Shown here one piece after another: positions 9,932 through 22,501 of a stretch of DNA of 55,683 bases; position 1 is the first letter of the stretch; every line of letters begins with the position of its first letter. The translations under genes and the position numbers were made by a program. The notes under the pieces were generated by a model. That model saw only the letters and a list, made by a program, of their open reading frames with translations, was not told the DNA's origin and did not search any database. Where the stretch lies: the NCBI GenBank assembly GCA_947293975.1, contig CAMYPV010000001.1, forward strand, positions 1 to 55,683, read 5' to 3'. The DNA is from an uncultured Ezakiella sp. GTDB lineage: Bacteria > Bacillota > Clostridia > Tissierellales > Peptoniphilaceae.

Positions 9932-11996
9932 ATTCCTCCCTCGATATAAATTCAAAGTCGATTTGCATTCTTGATACGCTTACATTTACAAGCCTTACAA
10001 AAACCTCTCTGCCAACCTCAAAATTTTCTTCAAAACCTTTTGCTGTTGCTGTCATAGTGTTTTCGTTAAATCTATACTTGTCGATATTGTCAGCGTGAAC
10101 TAAGCCCTCAACTGTGTTATCAAGCATAACAAATATGCCAAATTCAACAACTCCACTTACTCTTGCTCTATATACACTGCCAATTTTCTCTTTCATATAC
10201 TCGCATTTTTTAAGTTGAATTGCATTTCTTTCTAAATCAAGTATAACTCGCTCAACGCTTGTCGCTCTATCCGCTACATCTCTTGAGCGTGTCTCTTCCT
10301 CTTTTATTTTTTTTGAATTTAACTTTTTCTCCAAATCCATAGAAATAATTCTGTGTATGAATAAATCTGGATAACGCCTAATAGGTGATGTGAAATGCGA
10401 ATAATTTTTCAACGCAAGCGCAAAATGTCCTTCATTTTCGCTTCTATAATCAGCCTTAGTCATCGACCTAAGTACAAGATCGTTTATTCGATCAAAAGCT
10501 TCGTTTTCTCTTGCGCCATTTAATAGCTCCTGAAAATCTTTCGCCTCCATGTCATCGCCAACTTTTATGCCATATGGTCTTAAGAGTGATCTTAATGATG
10601 TTATTTTTTCGTCTGTCGGCGCTTCGTGAACTCTATACAAAAATGGCAACTCTTTTTGAAAATATTTTGTCGCAACCATTTTATTAGCTAAAATCATAAA
10701 TTCTTCAATTAATCGCTCACCAATTCCGCGCTCTCTTGTGTGTATGCCCAAAATTTTCCCGTCGTCTGCAATTTCAAAGCTTGCCTCATCAGATTCAAAT
10801 TCTATATTTCCTCTGTTAACAGATTCTTTTTTTAGAATTTCATAAAGAGCCCTTGCATCATTTAAAAATTCAGCAATATTATTGTACTCTTCAATGCTTT
10901 CACCAGCATAAAATCTGTTTAAATCCGTATAGTTTAATCTGTGATCAGAATTTATAATTGCCTTATCAATTGATAATAATTTTGCGCTACCTGATTTTGA
11001 AACACTCATCTGTACGCTAAGCGAATATCTATCAACATTAGGGTTTAAAGAGCAGACGCCGTTTGAAATAATTTCAGGAAGCATCGGTATAACAAGCCCC
11101 GGTAAATAAATGCTCATTTCTCTGTCGTAGGCAGTTTTATCAAGCTCTGAATATTCTTTTACATAATGGCTTACATCTGCAATGTGAACCGTCAAAATAA
11201 ATCCATTTTCATCACGACTTACAGATATTGCGTCGTCAAAATCTTTTGCATCAAGCCCATCAATTGTAACTGTTAGCATGTCACGATAATCTTTTCTGTT
11301 ATTAGGCACAATCGGTAATTGAGCAACTTCATCCGCCTCTTTTATCGCTTGATCACTAAAAGCGCTTGGCACATTAGCTTCAACAACAAGGCTCATCAAG
11401 TCAACATCTTTTTCACCCTTAAAACCAATAAAGTCAACGACCTTTCCCCTGTATATTTGTCGCCTATCGTCAAATTCAGTCAACTTTACTCTATAAAGTC
11501 CATTTTCTTTTAGTCGAACTTCCTCGTAATTTGTAATTTTAATCGGAAAATTCATTGTGTCTTTAGACTCTATAATTAATTTTTTTCGACGCTTAACAGC
11601 CTTACCCACAATATTTTTATTGCTCAGGTCGACCTCTTTTATATAAGCGATATCCTTGCCACGCTCTTTGCCAACAATTTCGTATTTTACAATATCATTG
11701 TTCATTGCACCCATTGTTTTACCAGCAGGCACAAACAAATCTTCGCCATCCAAATTTTCTATAAAACCAAATTCTTTCCTTGTTGCCAAAAATTTTCCCT
11801 CAAAAATTTCAGGCGCACCTATTCTAATTCTATTTTTCAAATCAATGTGAATTGTACCTTCGGAGGTCATAGTTTTTATTATCTCATTAAATTTTCTCTT
11901 GTCTTTTTTGTGGATACCCAAAATTTTCATAAGCTTTTCTTTGCTTACTACTCTTAATTCAGTAACCACCATTTTTATTTTATCCTTAATCCTCAT
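9906..11996 (-). CDS. rnr: Ribonuclease R
   Basis: [37 protein letters not shown]-terminal S1 domain; next to smpB. Confidence 0.93.
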   Translation of the reverse strand: MRIKDKIKMVVTELRVVSKEKLMKILGIHKKDKRKFNEIIKTMTSEGTIHIDLKNRIRIGAPEIFEGKFLATRKEFGFIENLDGEDLFVPAGKTMGAMNNDIVKYEIVGKERGKDIAYIKEVDLSNKNIVGKAVKRRKKLIIESKDTMNFPIKITNYEEVRLKENGLYRVKLTEFDDRRQIYRGKVVDFIGFKGEKDVDLMSLVVEANVPSAFSDQAIKEADEVAQLPIVPNNRKDYRDMLTVTIDGLDAKDFDDAISVSRDENGFILTVHIADVSHYVKEYSELDKTAYDREMSIYLPGLVIPMLPEIISNGVCSLNPNVDRYSLSVQMSVSKSGSAKLLSIDKAIINSDHRLNYTDLNRFYAGESIEEYNNIAEFLNDARALYEILKKESVNRGNIEFESDEASFEIADDGKILGIHTRERGIGERLIEEFMILANKMVATKYFQKELPFLYRVHEAPTDEKITSLRSLLRPYGIKVGDDMEAKDFQELLNGARENEAFDRINDLVLRSMTKADYRSENEGHFALALKNYSHFTSPIRRYPDLFIHRIISMDLEKKLNSKKIKEEETRSRDVADRATSVERVILDLERNAIQLKKCEYMKEKIGSVYRARVSGVVEFGIFVMLDNTVEGLVHADNIDKYRFNENTMTATAKGFEENFEVGREVFVRLVNVSVSRMQIDFEFISREEYGENICTE

Positions 11997-12007
11997 ATAT
12001 GCCCCCT

Positions 12008-12057
12008 AAAAAAGCTGACCAAAAATATATTATAATATTAATTTCGGTCAGCTTTTC
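12008..12057 (-). terminator. Hairpin/terminator after ddl
   Basis: AAAAGCTGACC...GGTCAGCTTTT inverted repeat with long AT-rich loop and T-tract. Confidence 0.55.
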
Positions 12058-12062
12058 TTTAA

Positions 12063-13205
12063 TTATAACTTTGATCCAAAAGTTGTTTTATTAAACAAAT
12101 CCGCATCAAATCTGTAATTTGTATTACCTTCTTCCGCTGCTGCTTCAAGTGCAATTTCTATCATCTTGTCAAGGACTGCTTGGAATGTATATCCCATATC
12201 CTCCCACAAATAAAATGCGTATGAACCCGGAAGTGTATTAATTTCATTAACAAAAAGTTCCTTGTCTTCGCTGCACAAGATATCAATTCTTGCATTACCT
12301 CTTGTGTCTAAACAAACGAATGCTTCTTTTGCAAGTTTCTGTGCTTTTTCAGCAAGCTCTTCATCTTCCAAAAATTTATGCTTCCCACCAGTGATTTTGC
12401 TCTTTGAGCCTGATTCATATTTTTTCTCAAATGAATAAAATTCTCCAACACCTTCTGGCACTTCAACTCTAGAAACTTCAACATCGCTCTTAAAGCCCAT
12501 GACACCTACATTAAACTCAACAGCATTTACAACTGACTCTTCTATAATAATTTTTCTGTCAAATTCCTTTGCAATGTCAATCGCTTCTCTTAAACTAGCT
12601 TCGTCGGTTGCCTCTTTAATTCCAATGCTTGACCCAAGACTTGCAGGTTTTACATACATTGGGAATTTTAAACTAGATATTAGTCCCAATACAATGTCAT
12701 TTGAATGTTTTTCATAATCTGATCTGTAAAACCACATATGCTTAACAACTGGAATATTATTTGCCTTAAATACATCCTTCATTATAATTTTATCCATGCC
12801 AAGAGCGGAACTCATTAATGATGGACCAGTAAATGGGATTCCATTTGTTTCAAATATACCTTGAATAGCGCCGTCTTCACCATGCGAACCATGAAGTCCA
12901 ATCAGTACAACATCTATATTTATAACTTCTTCTTTTTTGAATAAGCCTGTTTTTTCAATATATAAATTATGATCACCATAATTTGTTCCAAAACGTACAG
13001 ACTTAGAATCCGAAAAATCATTTGTCTTAAATGATTTAAACGATTTATAACATTCACCTGTAAACATCTCACCTGATTTATTTATAAAAACAGGAATTAC
13101 ATTGTATTTATTTTTATTTAAATTTTCTATTGCTTGAATACCGGTAATAACACTTACCTCATGCTCTACAGCTCTTCCACCGTAAATTACAACAACATTT
13201 TTCAT
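12063..13205 (-). CDS. ddl: D-alanine--D-alanine ligase
   Basis: GGRAVEHEVS, LHGSHGEDGAIQG, VKPASLGSSIG, omega loop FYSFEKKY, NEINTLPG. Confidence 0.92.
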   Translation of the reverse strand: MKNVVVIYGGRAVEHEVSVITGIQAIENLNKNKYNVIPVFINKSGEMFTGECYKSFKSFKTNDFSDSKSVRFGTNYGDHNLYIEKTGLFKKEEVINIDVVLIGLHGSHGEDGAIQGIFETNGIPFTGPSLMSSALGMDKIIMKDVFKANNIPVVKHMWFYRSDYEKHSNDIVLGLISSLKFPMYVKPASLGSSIGIKEATDEASLREAIDIAKEFDRKIIIEESVVNAVEFNVGVMGFKSDVEVSRVEVPEGVGEFYSFEKKYESGSKSKITGGKHKFLEDEELAEKAQKLAKEAFVCLDTRGNARIDILCSEDKELFVNEINTLPGSYAFYLWEDMGYTFQAVLDKMIEIALEAAAEEGNTNYRFDADLFNKTTFGSKL

Positions 13206-13214
13206 AATACACCT

Positions 13215-14726
13215 CTAATAAATATCTGTTAAATCATTTTCAAACAACACAACATCTCCTGGCGATAAAATTTCTCCCAAAAGCTTTGTTGCATCATTTA
13301 AAGTATCAACTCTATACATTTTGTGGCTTTCTACATTTGCATTTGTTACACCGTCTTCTACATCGGGTGCAATCGTATTTCCAACAAGAATTGAAATATC
13401 AGTTAGCTTTGCAATTTCTTCTCCTAGCTTAAAGTTTTCTTCTTTTTGCAATTCGCCAAGTTCAACCATTCCAGGTGTGACTATAATTTTTTTGCCACCT
13501 TCGAATATGTTTAAAACCTCGAGAGCAGCTCTTGCACCACTTGGATTAGAATTAAAGGCATCATCAATTACAATAGCTCCACCAGGATTTTTTATAATAT
13601 TAAGTCTATGCTCAACCTGATCCAAATTTGAAATTGCTTTAATAATATCAGATTTTTGCATTCCGATTTCAAGCGCAACTTGTACTGCCATTAAAATATT
13701 TATAATATTATGTCTACCTAAAAGTTTTGTGTGAGCTTCAATAACTTCGTCATTAAAATGAATATCAAACACTGTTCCATTTTCGTTTATGGTCTTTACA
13801 GTTGCGCGCAAATCACCATGCTCTATACCAACTGATTTTGCATTTAATCCGCGTTTAATAGCCTCATTTCTCACATAGTCTGAATCTGCATTTATCACTA
13901 AAACCTTATCCTTAACGCCATCTGCAAGCTCAAATTTTGTTTTTATAATATTTTCTATGCTTCCAAATGTTTCAAGGTGACATGGACCAATATTTGTAAT
14001 TACACCAATGTCTGGAAAAACCAAATCCACAAGCTCTTTAATTTCTCCTGTGTATCTTGCTCCCATTTCCGCAATAAAAATCTCGTGATTTTCATTTAAA
14101 TCATTATTAATTATTTTTGACAAGCCCATTGGCGTATTGAAACTGCTTGGGCTACTGTAAACATTTTTGTAATTGCTTAAAACTTGTGCAAGTATTGTCT
14201 TTGTTGATGTTTTACCGTATGAACCAGTAATTGCAACCACTCTTAAGCCATTTGATTTTAACTCTTTAATTTTCTTTTGAGCCATTTTGTAGAATTTTCT
14301 ATGCACCAATCTCTCGTATGGATTTATTATATAAAGTGCAAGCATCATAATTCTTGACTGATAAAAATAAAGCGTTGTAACAGCAAAAACTATAAGTGCA
14401 ACATACAAAACATATGTCATAGTACTCATGTCAAAAATAATGCTATTTATTAAAAATGCAAGCAAGATAATTACATTAATTACCATCGTTGTAATTAATA
14501 ATCTTGTAGCTCTTGGTGTATAAACAAGCGGTTTTTTTGATTCAAGCTTTTTTCTAGAAAAAGCATAGGCCTTATCTCTATGAGAAATAATCCACTCCCT
14601 ATATTCGCTCGGAATATATCCCAATTGCTGTACCATTTGCAAAAAATAGGTACTTCTTAAATATAAAAATATAGCAGCAAGTGCTGTGATTAAAATAATT
14701 AAAATTAATTGTAAAGTTTCAAACAT
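13215..14726 (-). CDS. murF: UDP-MurNAc-tripeptide--D-Ala-D-Ala ligase with N-terminal transmembrane domain
   Basis: ITGSYGKTSTK, SFNTPMG, EMGARYTGEI, IDDAFNSNP, GMVELG; three hydrophobic helices at the N-terminus. Confidence 0.88.
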   Translation of the reverse strand: MFETLQLILIILITALAAIFLYLRSTYFLQMVQQLGYIPSEYREWIISHRDKAYAFSRKKLESKKPLVYTPRATRLLITTMVINVIILLAFLINSIIFDMSTMTYVLYVALIVFAVTTLYFYQSRIMMLALYIINPYERLVHRKFYKMAQKKIKELKSNGLRVVAITGSYGKTSTKTILAQVLSNYKNVYSSPSSFNTPMGLSKIINNDLNENHEIFIAEMGARYTGEIKELVDLVFPDIGVITNIGPCHLETFGSIENIIKTKFELADGVKDKVLVINADSDYVRNEAIKRGLNAKSVGIEHGDLRATVKTINENGTVFDIHFNDEVIEAHTKLLGRHNIINILMAVQVALEIGMQKSDIIKAISNLDQVEHRLNIIKNPGGAIVIDDAFNSNPSGARAALEVLNIFEGGKKIIVTPGMVELGELQKEENFKLGEEIAKLTDISILVGNTIAPDVEDGVTNANVESHKMYRVDTLNDATKLLGEILSPGDVVLFENDLTDIY

Positions 14727-15479
14727 TTATTCCTCCAAAAATGGCAATACTACATTTCTAAATCCTATTATATCATCTAAGTATGAGTAATGTCCACCAT
14801 CTAAAACAGCAAGATTTGAATTTTTAATTCTCTCATGCATCATCTCACCCATCCAAAGTGGCGTATCAAGATCATTCTTGCCCCACACGATAAGAGTGTT
14901 TGTTTTAATATCAAAAAGCTTATCCCGCAAATCCTCGTTAACTACTTTTACCAATATTTTTCTCATAACACCGTCTGCATCCTTATAATCTGCTGAGCCA
15001 TATTTTTTGTAAAATTTTTCAAGATTATTTTCGCCATAAATTTTAGTATAAACCATTTTTAAAAACTTAAACCATTTTACCTTAAGTTTTAATTTTGTGC
15101 TTAATTCTGCTTTTATACCAGAAGCATCCACAAGCACAAGTTTTTTTATTGGATTATCATTTCTTGAGGCGATTTCTATTGCACATTTTCCACCATAGGA
15201 ATGCCCTATATAATATATGTCTTTTAAATTCATAGCATCAATAAATTTTAATATTATATCGGAAAAATCTTTCGTGCCAAATACTTCACTTGGTTTATCA
15301 CTGCTGCCATGGCCAGGGAGTTCAAGCGAAACCACTCTGTATTTATGCTTTAAGCTATTAATTACTGGCTTCATTGCAGCAATTGACGCTCCCCATCCAT
15401 GCACAACTAAAACTGTTTGATTAGCATTTGGATTTTCCTCTTCATAATATAAATTTAAGCCTAAAATATTTTTATACAT
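14727..15479 (-). CDS. Alpha/beta fold hydrolase
   Basis: HGWG oxyanion motif, GHSYGG nucleophile elbow, WGKND, C-terminal His; start at ATG after GAGGTG SD. Confidence 0.88.
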   Translation of the reverse strand: MYKNILGLNLYYEEENPNANQTVLVVHGWGASIAAMKPVINSLKHKYRVVSLELPGHGSSDKPSEVFGTKDFSDIILKFIDAMNLKDIYYIGHSYGGKCAIEIASRNDNPIKKLVLVDASGIKAELSTKLKLKVKWFKFLKMVYTKIYGENNLEKFYKKYGSADYKDADGVMRKILVKVVNEDLRDKLFDIKTNTLIVWGKNDLDTPLWMGEMMHERIKNSNLAVLDGGHYSYLDDIIGFRNVVLPFLEE

Positions 15480-15516
15480 AATCACCTCAAAATTTTTGCC
15501 GCAAAGGCTATGTAAT

Positions 15517-15542
15517 AAAAAGGGGGTGGAGACCCACCCCTC
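15517..15542 (-). terminator. Intrinsic terminator after hppA
   Basis: GGGGTGG-N4-CCACCCC stem plus T-tract on minus strand. Confidence 0.75.
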
Positions 15543-15545
15543 AAA

Positions 15546-17561
15546 TTATTTTAAAATTATACCACCAAACTTAACAAACAATGGAGCAAATACTAAGCTA
15601 ACAATTGTCATAAGTTTGATAAGGATATTTAGTGATGGTCCTGAAGTATCTTTGAATGGGTCACCAACTGTGTCTCCAGTAACAGCAGCCTTGTGAGCTC
15701 TGCTTCCTTTTCCACCGTGAACGCCTGATTCGATATATTTTTTAGCGTTATCCCATGCACCACCAGCATTACTCATAAATATAGCCATGAGTACACCAGT
15801 TACAAGTCCACCTGCAAGTAAACCGCCAAGAGCTTCTGTGCCTAATAATACACCAACTAAAACTGGTGTTAAAACAGCCATAAGTCCTGGAATAATCATT
15901 TCTTTAAGTGCAGCACCTGTTGAAATGTCAACACATTTACCATATTCTGGAGTTGCCTTACCTTCCATAATTCCTGGAATTTCTCTAAATTGACGTCTTA
16001 CTTCTTCGATCATGTGATTTGCAGCCTTACCTACAGCGTCCATAGTCATAGCACTAAATAGGAATGGAAGCATACCACCGATAAATAAACCAGCTATAGT
16101 TGATGGTTTTGTTAAGTCTATTGATTCAAGTTTAACTGCTTGAGTATAGCTTGAGAATAATGCAAGTGCAGTTAATGCAGCACTACCAATAGCAAAACCT
16201 TTACCAACAGCTGCAGTTGTATTACCAACAGCGTCAAGTGTATCTGTAATTTCTCTAACACTTTCTGGAAGTTCACTCATTTCTGCGATACCACCAGCAT
16301 TGTCAGCGATAGGACCATAAGCGTCAACAGCAATAGTCATAGCTGAGTTTGCAAGCATACCAACAGCTGCAAGTGAAATACCATACAATCCTAGGATTGC
16401 ATTTTCTGATCCACCAGCTAAATAGAAAGCTACAATAATTCCAATTGCAATTGTAATAATTGGAACAGCTGTACTCATCATACCTACTGATAAACCAGCA
16501 ATAATATTTGTCGATTCACCTGTTTCTGATTCTTCTGCGATTTTTTGAACAGGTTTATATTGTTCTGAAGTATAATATTCTGTGATTTTTGCAATAATTA
16601 AACCAACACACAAACCAGCAACAGTTGCAATAAATGGTTTAATTTCGCCGATAATATTCATAGATAAGAAATATGAAGCTATAACTGTAATGATTGAACC
16701 AACAACATTACCTAAGTTAAGAGCTTTTTGAGGATTCGAATCTCCTCTTACAAATAGTGTTCCGATAATACTTGCCAAAACACCTACTGCTGCTAATGCT
16801 GCAACAAATAGAATACCTTTTTGGCCATGAGCAATGAAACCTAATGTGAAAGCAGAAACGATAGCACCAACATATGATTCAAATAAGTCAGCACCCATAC
16901 CTGCAACGTCCCCTACGTTATCTCCAACGTTATCAGCAATAACAGCTGGGTTTCTTGGGTCATCTTCTGGAATACCAGCTTCAACTTTACCAACAAGGTC
17001 AGCGCCAACGTCAGCAGCTTTTGTGTAAATACCGCCGCCTACTCTTGCGAAAAGCGCGATTGATGAAGCACCAAATCCAAAACCAGTTATGATGTTAAAT
17101 ACATCTGCATGATCTTTAAAAATTAAATAAAACACTGTTGTACCTAGTAAGCCTAAACCTACAACGCACATACCCATAACTGTACCACCTGAGAAAGCAA
17201 CATTAAGAGCTTTACCCATGCCATCTGTGTTAGCAGCATTTGCTGTTCTAACATTTGCTCTTGTAGCAACAATCATACCAATTAATCCTGCTAAAACTGA
17301 GAATATAGCACCTACTATAAAGCAAATAGCTGTAAACCAGTCAATTGCAAGACCTAGTATAACAAATACTACTGCAACAAATATCGCCATTGAACGATAT
17401 TCTCTCTTTAAGAAAGCCATTGCACCTTCATAAATGTACTTTGCAATTTCTTCCATTCTAGCACTGCCAACTGGTTGTTTTTTAATAAACATAGATTTAA
17501 CCATTGCATATACTAGTGCTAGCGCCGCAATAATTGGCGCAACATACAAAATATAATCCAC
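15546..17561 (-). CDS. hppA: K+-dependent, probably Na+-translocating membrane pyrophosphatase
   Basis: [46 protein letters not shown] (K+-dependent Ala variant), [14 protein letters not shown]. Confidence 0.95.
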   Translation of the reverse strand: MDYILYVAPIIAALALVYAMVKSMFIKKQPVGSARMEEIAKYIYEGAMAFLKREYRSMAIFVAVVFVILGLAIDWFTAICFIVGAIFSVLAGLIGMIVATRANVRTANAANTDGMGKALNVAFSGGTVMGMCVVGLGLLGTTVFYLIFKDHADVFNIITGFGFGASSIALFARVGGGIYTKAADVGADLVGKVEAGIPEDDPRNPAVIADNVGDNVGDVAGMGADLFESYVGAIVSAFTLGFIAHGQKGILFVAALAAVGVLASIIGTLFVRGDSNPQKALNLGNVVGSIITVIASYFLSMNIIGEIKPFIATVAGLCVGLIIAKITEYYTSEQYKPVQKIAEESETGESTNIIAGLSVGMMSTAVPIITIAIGIIVAFYLAGGSENAILGLYGISLAAVGMLANSAMTIAVDAYGPIADNAGGIAEMSELPESVREITDTLDAVGNTTAAVGKGFAIGSAALTALALFSSYTQAVKLESIDLTKPSTIAGLFIGGMLPFLFSAMTMDAVGKAANHMIEEVRRQFREIPGIMEGKATPEYGKCVDISTGAALKEMIIPGLMAVLTPVLVGVLLGTEALGGLLAGGLVTGVLMAIFMSNAGGAWDNAKKYIESGVHGGKGSRAHKAAVTGDTVGDPFKDTSGPSLNILIKLMTIVSLVFAPLFVKFGGIILK

Positions 17562-17587
17562 TTTGTCCTCCTAAAAAATAATATTGA

Positions 17588-17812
17588 CTAAAAAACTGAT
17601 AGCAAGAATGCTGTTACAAAAAATATAGCGCCTGCTACAATAGTCATCCTCTTTAAAATAGCATCACGTGAGCCAGAACGATTTCTGCCCCATAAAGCTT
17701 CTGGAGCAACTCCCATCAATGCTGAGCTTTCGTCGCTTCCTTCTTGAACCATCATTAAAACAATTATAGCAATTGAACTAAGTAGTACAAGTACGTATAG
17801 AATATTAATCAT
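17588..17812 (-). CDS. secG: Preprotein translocase subunit SecG
   Basis: Two TM helices with VQEG and DAILKRMT motifs; start MINIL after GGAGGTG SD; promoter TTGAAA-N17-TAAAAT at 17844-17872. Confidence 0.8.
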   Translation of the reverse strand: MINILYVLVLLSSIAIIVLMMVQEGSDESSALMGVAPEALWGRNRSGSRDAILKRMTIVAGAIFFVTAFLLSVF

Positions 17813-17985
17813 ATTACACCTCCATTTAATATACAATAGACTTATTTTAACACATTTATCAAGATTTTTCAAGCAAAAATGCAGTTGAAAAATAAAATAT
17901 ACACTAAACTCTAATGGCGTAAAAATTATTAGAAATTAAAAAGCGCTCCAAATAACAGAGCGCATTTCTTAAAAAAATTATTTAT

Positions 17986-18783
17986 CTAAAAGAATGAATT
18001 CATCATGCCCTTCATGCTTAATACAATTGCTTTTGTGATTCCAGAAGCAATCAAGTACAAGATAAATGTGTAGATCATAGCAATATAAACTTTTATTTTT
18101 CTGCCAAAATTATTTGTAAATAAAATCTCTTGTATGGCCATTGAAATTTGAATTATAACCAACCCGAGTAATACTACAACAACCAGACTCTTAAATTGGA
18201 AATATGAAAAAATTGACAATAAAAACGCAACTATAGAAAGTAAACTTGCCAACACAGTTTTATTTGCAAAAGCATTTATAAATTTCTTATGATTTTTTGT
18301 GGCAATATAATCCATAACTGCAACTAACAAGGCGCTTAAAAGTAAAATAATTAGTACCGTTAGAGCAAGTTTAAACGAAAGTGAAAATAGATTTAATCCA
18401 CCTTGCTTTGCTGCCTTGTATGCATCTTTTAGATCAGATATTTTTATTTTTCCACCAAATATATTTGTAGCTTTGTATCCCATGTAGAATATTTTTTTAC
18501 CTATAACATTTAACATTGTAATGAACATCATAAAAATCATTACTGAAACACTTATTATAGAATAAATAAAATTATCATCAGATTGCGTGCTCTTTTGATT
18601 AATCAGTCTATTTTTAACCCACATTACAAAGTCATTTACCTTTGCATTTGAAAGCGGATTTGGTATAGAAATATCTACACTTTTTGGTTGATTTAAATTA
18701 TCTTCTGCAACTTGTGCGCCACATTTGTTGCAAAATTTAGCTTCGTCTGCCAATATGTTTTGGCAATTTTTACAAACTTTCAT
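17986..18783 (-). CDS. Zinc-ribbon domain membrane protein
   Basis: CKNC...AKFCNKCGA zinc ribbon followed by about 5 TM helices; own promoter and SD. Confidence 0.75.
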   Translation of the reverse strand: MKVCKNCQNILADEAKFCNKCGAQVAEDNLNQPKSVDISIPNPLSNAKVNDFVMWVKNRLINQKSTQSDDNFIYSIISVSVMIFMMFITMLNVIGKKIFYMGYKATNIFGGKIKISDLKDAYKAAKQGGLNLFSLSFKLALTVLIILLLSALLVAVMDYIATKNHKKFINAFANKTVLASLLSIVAFLLSIFSYFQFKSLVVVVLLGLVIIQISMAIQEILFTNNFGRKIKVYIAMIYTFILYLIASGITKAIVLSMKGMMNSFF

Positions 18784-18859
18784 AACTACCTCCTGTTTTA
18801 TCAACTAATATACATTTGTTGTTACTTATATAGTATCATACAAAATATTTTTATGCAAC

Positions 18860-18885
18860 AAAAAAAGGAGCCAAGCTCCTTTTTT
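18860..18885 (-). terminator. Terminator after rpoC
   Basis: AAAAAAAGGAG-CCAAG-CTCCTTTTTTT hairpin. Confidence 0.75.
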
Positions 18886-21800
18886 TAAATTCCTTCATTT
18901 TCTTGTCTTTGAAGTTCTTTTAATATTTCATTCATAGGTAGATCGCCCAAAATTTCTGGCTCTTCCTTTTCTACAAGTGGCTTTTCTTCCATGCGTTTTC
19001 TTAATGGATCTTCATCATCAAGAGGAACATCAATGTTGATATATCTCTTTACTCCTGTACCTGCAGGGATTGTCATACCTATAATAACATTTTCTTTTAA
19101 GCCTAATAAGTGGTCTTCCTTGCCTTTAATTGCAGCGTCAGCCAAAATTCTTGTTGTTTCTTGGAATGATGCCGCAGACAAGAACGAATCTGTAGCGAGT
19201 GCTGCCTTTGTAATACCAAGCAATACTCTTGAACCTGTTGCAGGAATTTTTCCAGCATCTTCAAGTTCTTTATTAACAGTTCTATAATCTGAAAGTCCTA
19301 CCAATGTTCCTGGGATGAAATCAGAATCACCTGAATCTTCAACTCTGATCTTAGAAAGCATTTGTCTCATAATAATTTCAACGTGCTTATCATTGATGTC
19401 TACCCCTGACATTCTATAAGCTCTTTGAACTTCCTTAACAATATATGATTCAACACCTTGAACACCTTTGACTTTAAAGATGTCATGAGGATTAATAGAA
19501 CCTTCTGTTAATGGATCTCCCGCTTTTATTTCATCACCATTTTTAACTTTTATTCTTGCGCCAAATACGATAGGATAAATTGCAGTTTCTTCATCGTTCT
19601 CAACTACAACTTCTCTCTTCTTATCTGATTCTACAATAGTAACTTTACCATCAATTTCTGTAATTACAGCAACCCCTTTTGGCTTTCTTGCTTCAAATAG
19701 CTCTTCAACACGAGGCAAACCTTGTGTAATATCTTCAGCCTTAGCAACACCACCAGTGTGGAAAGTTCTCATTGTAAGCTGTGTACCAGGTTCACCAATT
19801 GATTGAGCTGCAATAATACCAACAGCTTCACCGATATCAACTTTCTTACCATTTGCAAGGTTCTTACCATAGCATTTTCTACATACACCATGTTTTGCAT
19901 TACAATGCAATACTGATCTAACCTTGACTTTTTCAATGCCAAGAGCTTGAATTTTTGCAGCCATTTGTTCACTGATAATCTCATCTGTTGAACAAATAAC
20001 TTCACCAGTTTCTGGATTTACAATATCTTCAAATGGATATCTGCCTTCAAGTCTATCTTTTAATTCTTCGATAACTTCGTTGCCATCTTTGAATGCTGAA
20101 ATTTCTAGATATTCTGTTGAACCACAATCTTCTTCACGTACGATAACATCTTGGCTAACGTCAACAAGTCTTCTTGTTAAATAACCTGAGTCAGCAGTTT
20201 TAAGAGCAGTATCTGATAGACCTTTTCTTGAACCGTGGCTTGACAAGAAGAATTCAAGAACTGATAAGCCTTCACGGAAGTTTGATTTGATAGGAATTTC
20301 TACAGTTTTACCAGTGGATGAAGCCATCAAACCACGCATACCACCTAACTGACGAATTTGGTTTTTAGAACCACGCGCACCAGATGTAGCCATGATATAA
20401 ATATTATTATCATGATCAAGTGAATCCATCAAAGCATCTGTTACTTCGTCGGTTGCATCATTCCAAATATCGATAACATGTTCGTATCTTTCTTCTTCAC
20501 TGATCAAACCTTTTCTAAATGCTTTTTCGTATTTGTCAACTTCTTTTTGAGCTTTGTCAAGCAACTCTTGCTTATTATCAGGTACAACAACGTCTTTCAT
20601 TGAAATAGAAATTGCACCAATTGTCGAGTAATAATAACCCATTGATTTTATATTGTCTAATAATTCTGCTGTGATATTATTTCCATATTTTGCAAAACAT
20701 GCTTCAATAATTTTGCCTAACATCTTTTTATCAACAGTTTTATCAATTTCAAGAGAATGTTTATCATTTTCTCTATCAACAAAGCCTAAATCTTGTGGAA
20801 TTTTTTGGTTAAAAATAAATCTACCAACAGTCGACTCAATTAATTTAACTGTTCCGTCTAATCCCTTTACTCTTACTTTTGCTCTATCTTGAAGTCTAAT
20901 TTGCTTTGTTTGTAATGCAAGCATAACTTCGTCCATATCAACAAATGAATGAACTTCTTCCTGCTCATATGTTGCGTCCATAGTCAAGTAATAACAACCA
21001 AGAACCATGTCTTGAGATGGAACTGTAATTGGCTTACCATCTTTAGGCGCAAGAATATTATTTGTAGATAACATCAACAGTCTTGCTTCAGCTTGAGCTT
21101 CTACCGAAAGAGGAACGTGAACAGCCATTTGGTCGCCGTCAAAGTCCGCATTGTATGGAGTACATACAAGTGGGTGAAGCTTAATAGCCTTACCTTCAAC
21201 GAGAATTGGTTCAAATGCTTGAATACCAAGTCTGTGAAGTGTAGGAGCACGGTTTAATAAAACTGGATGGTCTTTAATTACTTTTTCCAATTCGTCCCAT
21301 ACTTCTGGTTCCATTCTGTCAATCATGCGCTTAGCATTTTTGATATTATGTGCTTTTTTGCTTGCAACAAGTTCATGCATAACATAAGGTTTAAATAGTT
21401 CAAGCGCCATATTTTTTGGCAAACCACATTGATAGAATTTTAAGTCTGGACCAACTACGATAACAGAACGACCTGAATAGTCAACCCTCTTACCAAGTAA
21501 GTTTTGTCTAAATCTACCTTGCTTACCTTTGAGCATGTCATTTAAACTCTTTAATGGTCTATTTCCAGCACCTGTAACTGCTCTTCCGCGTCTACCATTG
21601 TCAATAAGAGCATCAACAGATTCTTGAAGCATTCTCTTTTCATTTCTAACAATAATTTCTGGAGCTCCAAGTTCTAATAATCTTTTTAGACGATTGTTTC
21701 TATTTATAACTCTACGATATAAATCATTTAAGTCAGAAGTTGCAAATCTACCACCATCAAGTTCAACCATAGGTCTTAAGTCTGGTGGAATAACTGGAAG

Positions 21801-22490
21801 CGCATCCAAAATCATCCACTCTGGACGATTTCCACTTATTCTAAAAGCTTCAACAACTTCCAATCTTCTAATAAGTCTGATTCTTTTTTGACCAGTTGCA
21901 TCTTCTAATTCTTTTTTAAGTTCTGCTGAAATTTTTGCAGGATCAATTTCTTCAAGTAATTCCTTAATCGCTTCAGCGCCCATTGCAGCTCTAAATTGAT
22001 TTGGATATTCTTCTTGCATTTCTTGATATTCTTTTTCAGTAAGAAGATCTTGCTTTAAAAGTGGCGTATTGCCTGGATCAAGAACAATATAACTTGCAAA
22101 ATACAAAACTTTTTCAAGTGCACGAGGACTGATATCTAATATAAGTCCCATGCGAGAAGGGATTCCTTTAAAATACCATATATGTGAACAAGGACAAGCA
22201 AGTTCAATGTGTCCCATTCTTTCACGACGAACTTTAGCCTTTGTAACTTCGACGCCGCAACGATCACATACTACACCCTTATATCTTATTCTTTTATACT
22301 TGCCACAATGACATTCCCAGTCTTTTGTAGGTCCAAATATTCTTTCGCAGAAAAGTCCTTCTTTTTCTGGTTTTAGGGTACGGTAGTTTATGGTTTCAGG
22401 TTTTTTAACCTCACCATAAGACCACGACCTAATCATCTCGGGAGATGCTAAACCAATTTTAATTGATTCAAAACTCTCATTTTCGTACAT
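18885..22490 (-). CDS. rpoC: DNA-directed RNA polymerase subunit beta'
   Basis: NADFDGDQM catalytic motif, [26 protein letters not shown]. Confidence 0.99.
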   Translation of the reverse strand: MYENESFESIKIGLASPEMIRSWSYGEVKKPETINYRTLKPEKEGLFCERIFGPTKDWECHCGKYKRIRYKGVVCDRCGVEVTKAKVRRERMGHIELACPCSHIWYFKGIPSRMGLILDISPRALEKVLYFASYIVLDPGNTPLLKQDLLTEKEYQEMQEEYPNQFRAAMGAEAIKELLEEIDPAKISAELKKELEDATGQKRIRLIRRLEVVEAFRISGNRPEWMILDALPVIPPDLRPMVELDGGRFATSDLNDLYRRVINRNNRLKRLLELGAPEIIVRNEKRMLQESVDALIDNGRRGRAVTGAGNRPLKSLNDMLKGKQGRFRQNLLGKRVDYSGRSVIVVGPDLKFYQCGLPKNMALELFKPYVMHELVASKKAHNIKNAKRMIDRMEPEVWDELEKVIKDHPVLLNRAPTLHRLGIQAFEPILVEGKAIKLHPLVCTPYNADFDGDQMAVHVPLSVEAQAEARLLMLSTNNILAPKDGKPITVPSQDMVLGCYYLTMDATYEQEEVHSFVDMDEVMLALQTKQIRLQDRAKVRVKGLDGTVKLIESTVGRFIFNQKIPQDLGFVDRENDKHSLEIDKTVDKKMLGKIIEACFAKYGNNITAELLDNIKSMGYYYSTIGAISISMKDVVVPDNKQELLDKAQKEVDKYEKAFRKGLISEEERYEHVIDIWNDATDEVTDALMDSLDHDNNIYIMATSGARGSKNQIRQLGGMRGLMASSTGKTVEIPIKSNFREGLSVLEFFLSSHGSRKGLSDTALKTADSGYLTRRLVDVSQDVIVREEDCGSTEYLEISAFKDGNEVIEELKDRLEGRYPFEDIVNPETGEVICSTDEIISEQMAAKIQALGIEKVKVRSVLHCNAKHGVCRKCYGKNLANGKKVDIGEAVGIIAAQSIGEPGTQLTMRTFHTGGVAKAEDITQGLPRVEELFEARKPKGVAVITEIDGKVTIVESDKKREVVVENDEETAIYPIVFGARIKVKNGDEIKAGDPLTEGSINPHDIFKVKGVQGVESYIVKEVQRAYRMSGVDINDKHVEIIMRQMLSKIRVEDSGDSDFIPGTLVGLSDYRTVNKELEDAGKIPATGSRVLLGITKAALATDSFLSAASFQETTRILADAAIKGKEDHLLGLKENVIIGMTIPAGTGVKRYINIDVPLDDEDPLRKRMEEKPLVEKEEPEILGDLPMNEILKELQRQENEGI

Positions 22491-22501
22491 ACAATATCCC
22501 C

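Noticed and set aside
12063..13205. Van-type glycopeptide resistance ligase
   Set aside because: Omega loop retains the terminal Tyr; no vanH/X/R/S/T genes nearby.
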